64,000 bases of DNA, taken from contig NC_091473.1 of assembly GCF_036971445.1 (NCBI RefSeq), forward strand, positions 208,258,001 to 208,322,000. Reading direction: 5' to 3'. The notes below the pieces were generated by a model. That model was given only the letters and a program-made list of their open reading frames with translations. It was not told the origin of the DNA and searched no databases. Positions 61,960 to 64,000 of this stretch are shown piece after piece. Position numbers and translations under genes: made by a program. Source of the DNA: Narcine bancroftii (taxonomy: Eukaryota). The stretch's first letter is position 1, and each line of letters begins with the position of its first letter.

Positions 61960-62400
61960 AATACACAAACGTGCTGGAGAAACTAGCAGGTCATGTTGCA
62001 TGTGTAGGAAGTAAAGTATAACTGAAGTTTCTGTCCTGGGCCTCCATCAGGTATGAGCAAAAACAGACAGGGGCCCATTATTCAAAGGTGGGGGTGGTGG
62101 GGAGGAGCACAGGCTAACAGGTAAGAGGTGATAGGTGGATGTAGGTGAAGGAGCAAAACAGCTGGGATGATAGGAAAAGGGGGTGGGGAGCTGGAGGAAA
62201 GGAATCAGAGGGATAGGGGAAGAGACTCGGTGAAGGGGGTTGACAGAAATTGGAGATTGATATTAATGCCTTCCAGTTTGAGAGTGTCCAGACAGAATAT
62301 AATTTGTGGATGGCCTCAGTTTGGCAGTGCACAAGGCCATGGATAGACATGTCAGTGTGGGAATGGGGTGTGGGATTGAAATGGTTGGCCACTGTGAGTG
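61960..62400 (-). mobile_element. Penelope-like element 3' fragment (similar pieces at ~60535-61020)
   Basis: VANHFN..PHSHTDMSIHGLVHCQTEA (GIY-YIG end) and GININ-like terminus. Confidence 0.6.
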
Positions 62401-63559
62401 GCCATGGTGATACCTTACTGGCCAGAGTTATGGACCAATCATCCAGACCCACCGGGACAACTGAAGAATGTGCCTCTACCCCCAGAGAGGGGGTCGGTCC
62501 CCACCCCTCAAAGGGAGGGAGGTGTTCCCTTTTCCTTCTATGAAGTGGGATGGGGAAATTGATATCCTGACTTTGCCCCTTTTATTTTAATTCATTCACA
62601 GGTGTAATGGGGGTGGGGGGGGGGCGGTTGAGGGTAGGGTAAGACAGTTGCTCCAGGATGTTAAGTAAAGGGCATGAGTTTAAGGTGGGAGGGGGTGGAG
62701 TTAAAGGGAGATTTACGAGGCAAGTTTTTTTTTGTTACACAGATAATGGTACATGGAATGGGCTTAAGTAAATCTGGAATGATTCCTCTCAGTAAAGGTG
62801 ATCATTAAAAAGCCTGGCTTGATACTTAATACCCGCTTTGGTCTGTCAGTTAAGGAAGTCTGAGATTCATACCCATTCCATTTGTCGAGTGACTCTGAAC
62901 TCTCAAATATTTCAGTGCAGGGGTAATTGGGGATGGATAATAAATGGCAACAGCATCCATAGCAGAGAACGGTGCAGCACAATATGTCTGTGCCAACCGT
63001 GGTGCCTATTTAAACAGCCTGGACACAATCCCTATCCATTCCCTGTCTGTCCAAATGCTTCAGAACAATTACTCCAGACAACCCATTCCTGGCCAGGTTT
63101 GACCAATCGCATTATGGAGATGGTGACTCTCCCGGAGGTTGCTGCTGATTCAGGTGTTTGCCCCTCTTCAAATCTGATCTGACTGCAAAGATCTACGTCC
63201 GCACGCATTATTGGACACAACAGCAGTACTTTTTGGGTGGAGAAATAGAAGGAGCCATTTTTTAACCATGCTTGAGGCATTCCCTCTGCATGAGATTGGG
63301 GGACACAGTAGGATGGCCAGTTGAGTAACACCATCTTCTTTTTGTTCCCACCAGATAACTTGGTGATTTTTCTTCTCTTTTTGATGAATTATAGTTCTCA
63401 TGCATCCCAGAATTATAAGCAAAAGTGGTTCAGGTTAGAGCATTGGACTCAGGCATATTTTAAATAATGGGTGATCTTTTTTGACCCAAGAATTGCAAGT
63501 ACGTAGTTTCCAGAAAGTGGAGACATGGGTAGAAAGGGTGGTGAAGGAGGTGTTTGGCC

Positions 63560-64000
63560 TGTTACGAGCCCAGAGGACCCCAAAACCTAGCAGCAATAGA
63601 TATTCACCAAGACAAAGGGTTACTTAAACAAAAGTTGATTTTAATGATCTTTAAACATGAAAACAGGCTCACACTTTAACTTATCACTATTGACTTAACT
63701 AACCTAACTTAACCCCCTTCTAATTCTAAGCGCACATGTATGTAATATGTGTATGTAAGTTCAGAAAAGTTCTTTGATTTACAGTCCAGTCTCACTTCTC
63801 ATTCTTCCAAGTTCACTGGTTGCAGGCAATTCTTATACTGTGAACAGAATTTAACATTTATAAAGTTCACCAGGCTTTGGTGCTTTAAAGATAAATGGTT
63901 ACTGCTCAGGAAGGTTCTTGTCAGTTTTCAGAGAGAGATTTGTGGTATATCGACACTCACAACTGATTCCTTTTTTTAGTCAGCCACTTCAGTGTCTTGC
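63560..64000. mobile_element. LTR (probably Gypsy-type), runs off the window end, inserted in a CR1 fragment
   Basis: Abrupt TGTTACGAG start right after CR1 sequence 'gtggtgaaggaggtgtttggcc'; other end not visible. Confidence 0.55.

Noticed and set aside
61782-64000. IPO4 exon 6
   Set aside because: No convincing AG-bounded frame resembling importin-4 found; probably beyond the window

Overview
Eukaryotic vertebrate DNA. The repeat content (V-SINE/HE1-like SINEs, CR1 with esterase ORF1, Rex1/Babar, Penelope) suggests a cartilaginous fish, probably a ray; this is inference. Four intron-containing genes were reconstructed by hand from GT-AG boundaries and similarity to remembered human proteins. 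They are SDR39U1 (-, exons 1-3, rest lies left of the window), TTC5 (+, 10 exons; exon 1 frame does not join cleanly), CCNB1IP1/HEI10 (-, 3 coding exons) and IPO4 (+, exons 1-5). SDR39U1 and TTC5 share a ~175-bp bidirectional CpG promoter, TTC5 and CCNB1IP1 converge, and CCNB1IP1 and IPO4 diverge. IPO4 intron 1 (~31.6 kb) is a nested stack of retroelements in which one old CR1 is split into three pieces by two L1s. One L1 carries a class III (ERV-S/ERV-L-like, tRNA-Ser PBS) provirus, which itself contains an inverted truncated LTR flanked by a 149-bp duplication. The other L1 carries a class I (tRNA-Pro PBS, ERV3-type env) provirus and a younger near-complete CR1. Most short ORFs in the supplied track are artefacts of low-complexity or repeat DNA. 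I cannot demonstrate a new biological system. The best leads are the class III provirus and its mini-env, the inverted LTR insertion, and the inverted repeat pair around SDR39U1 exon 2.
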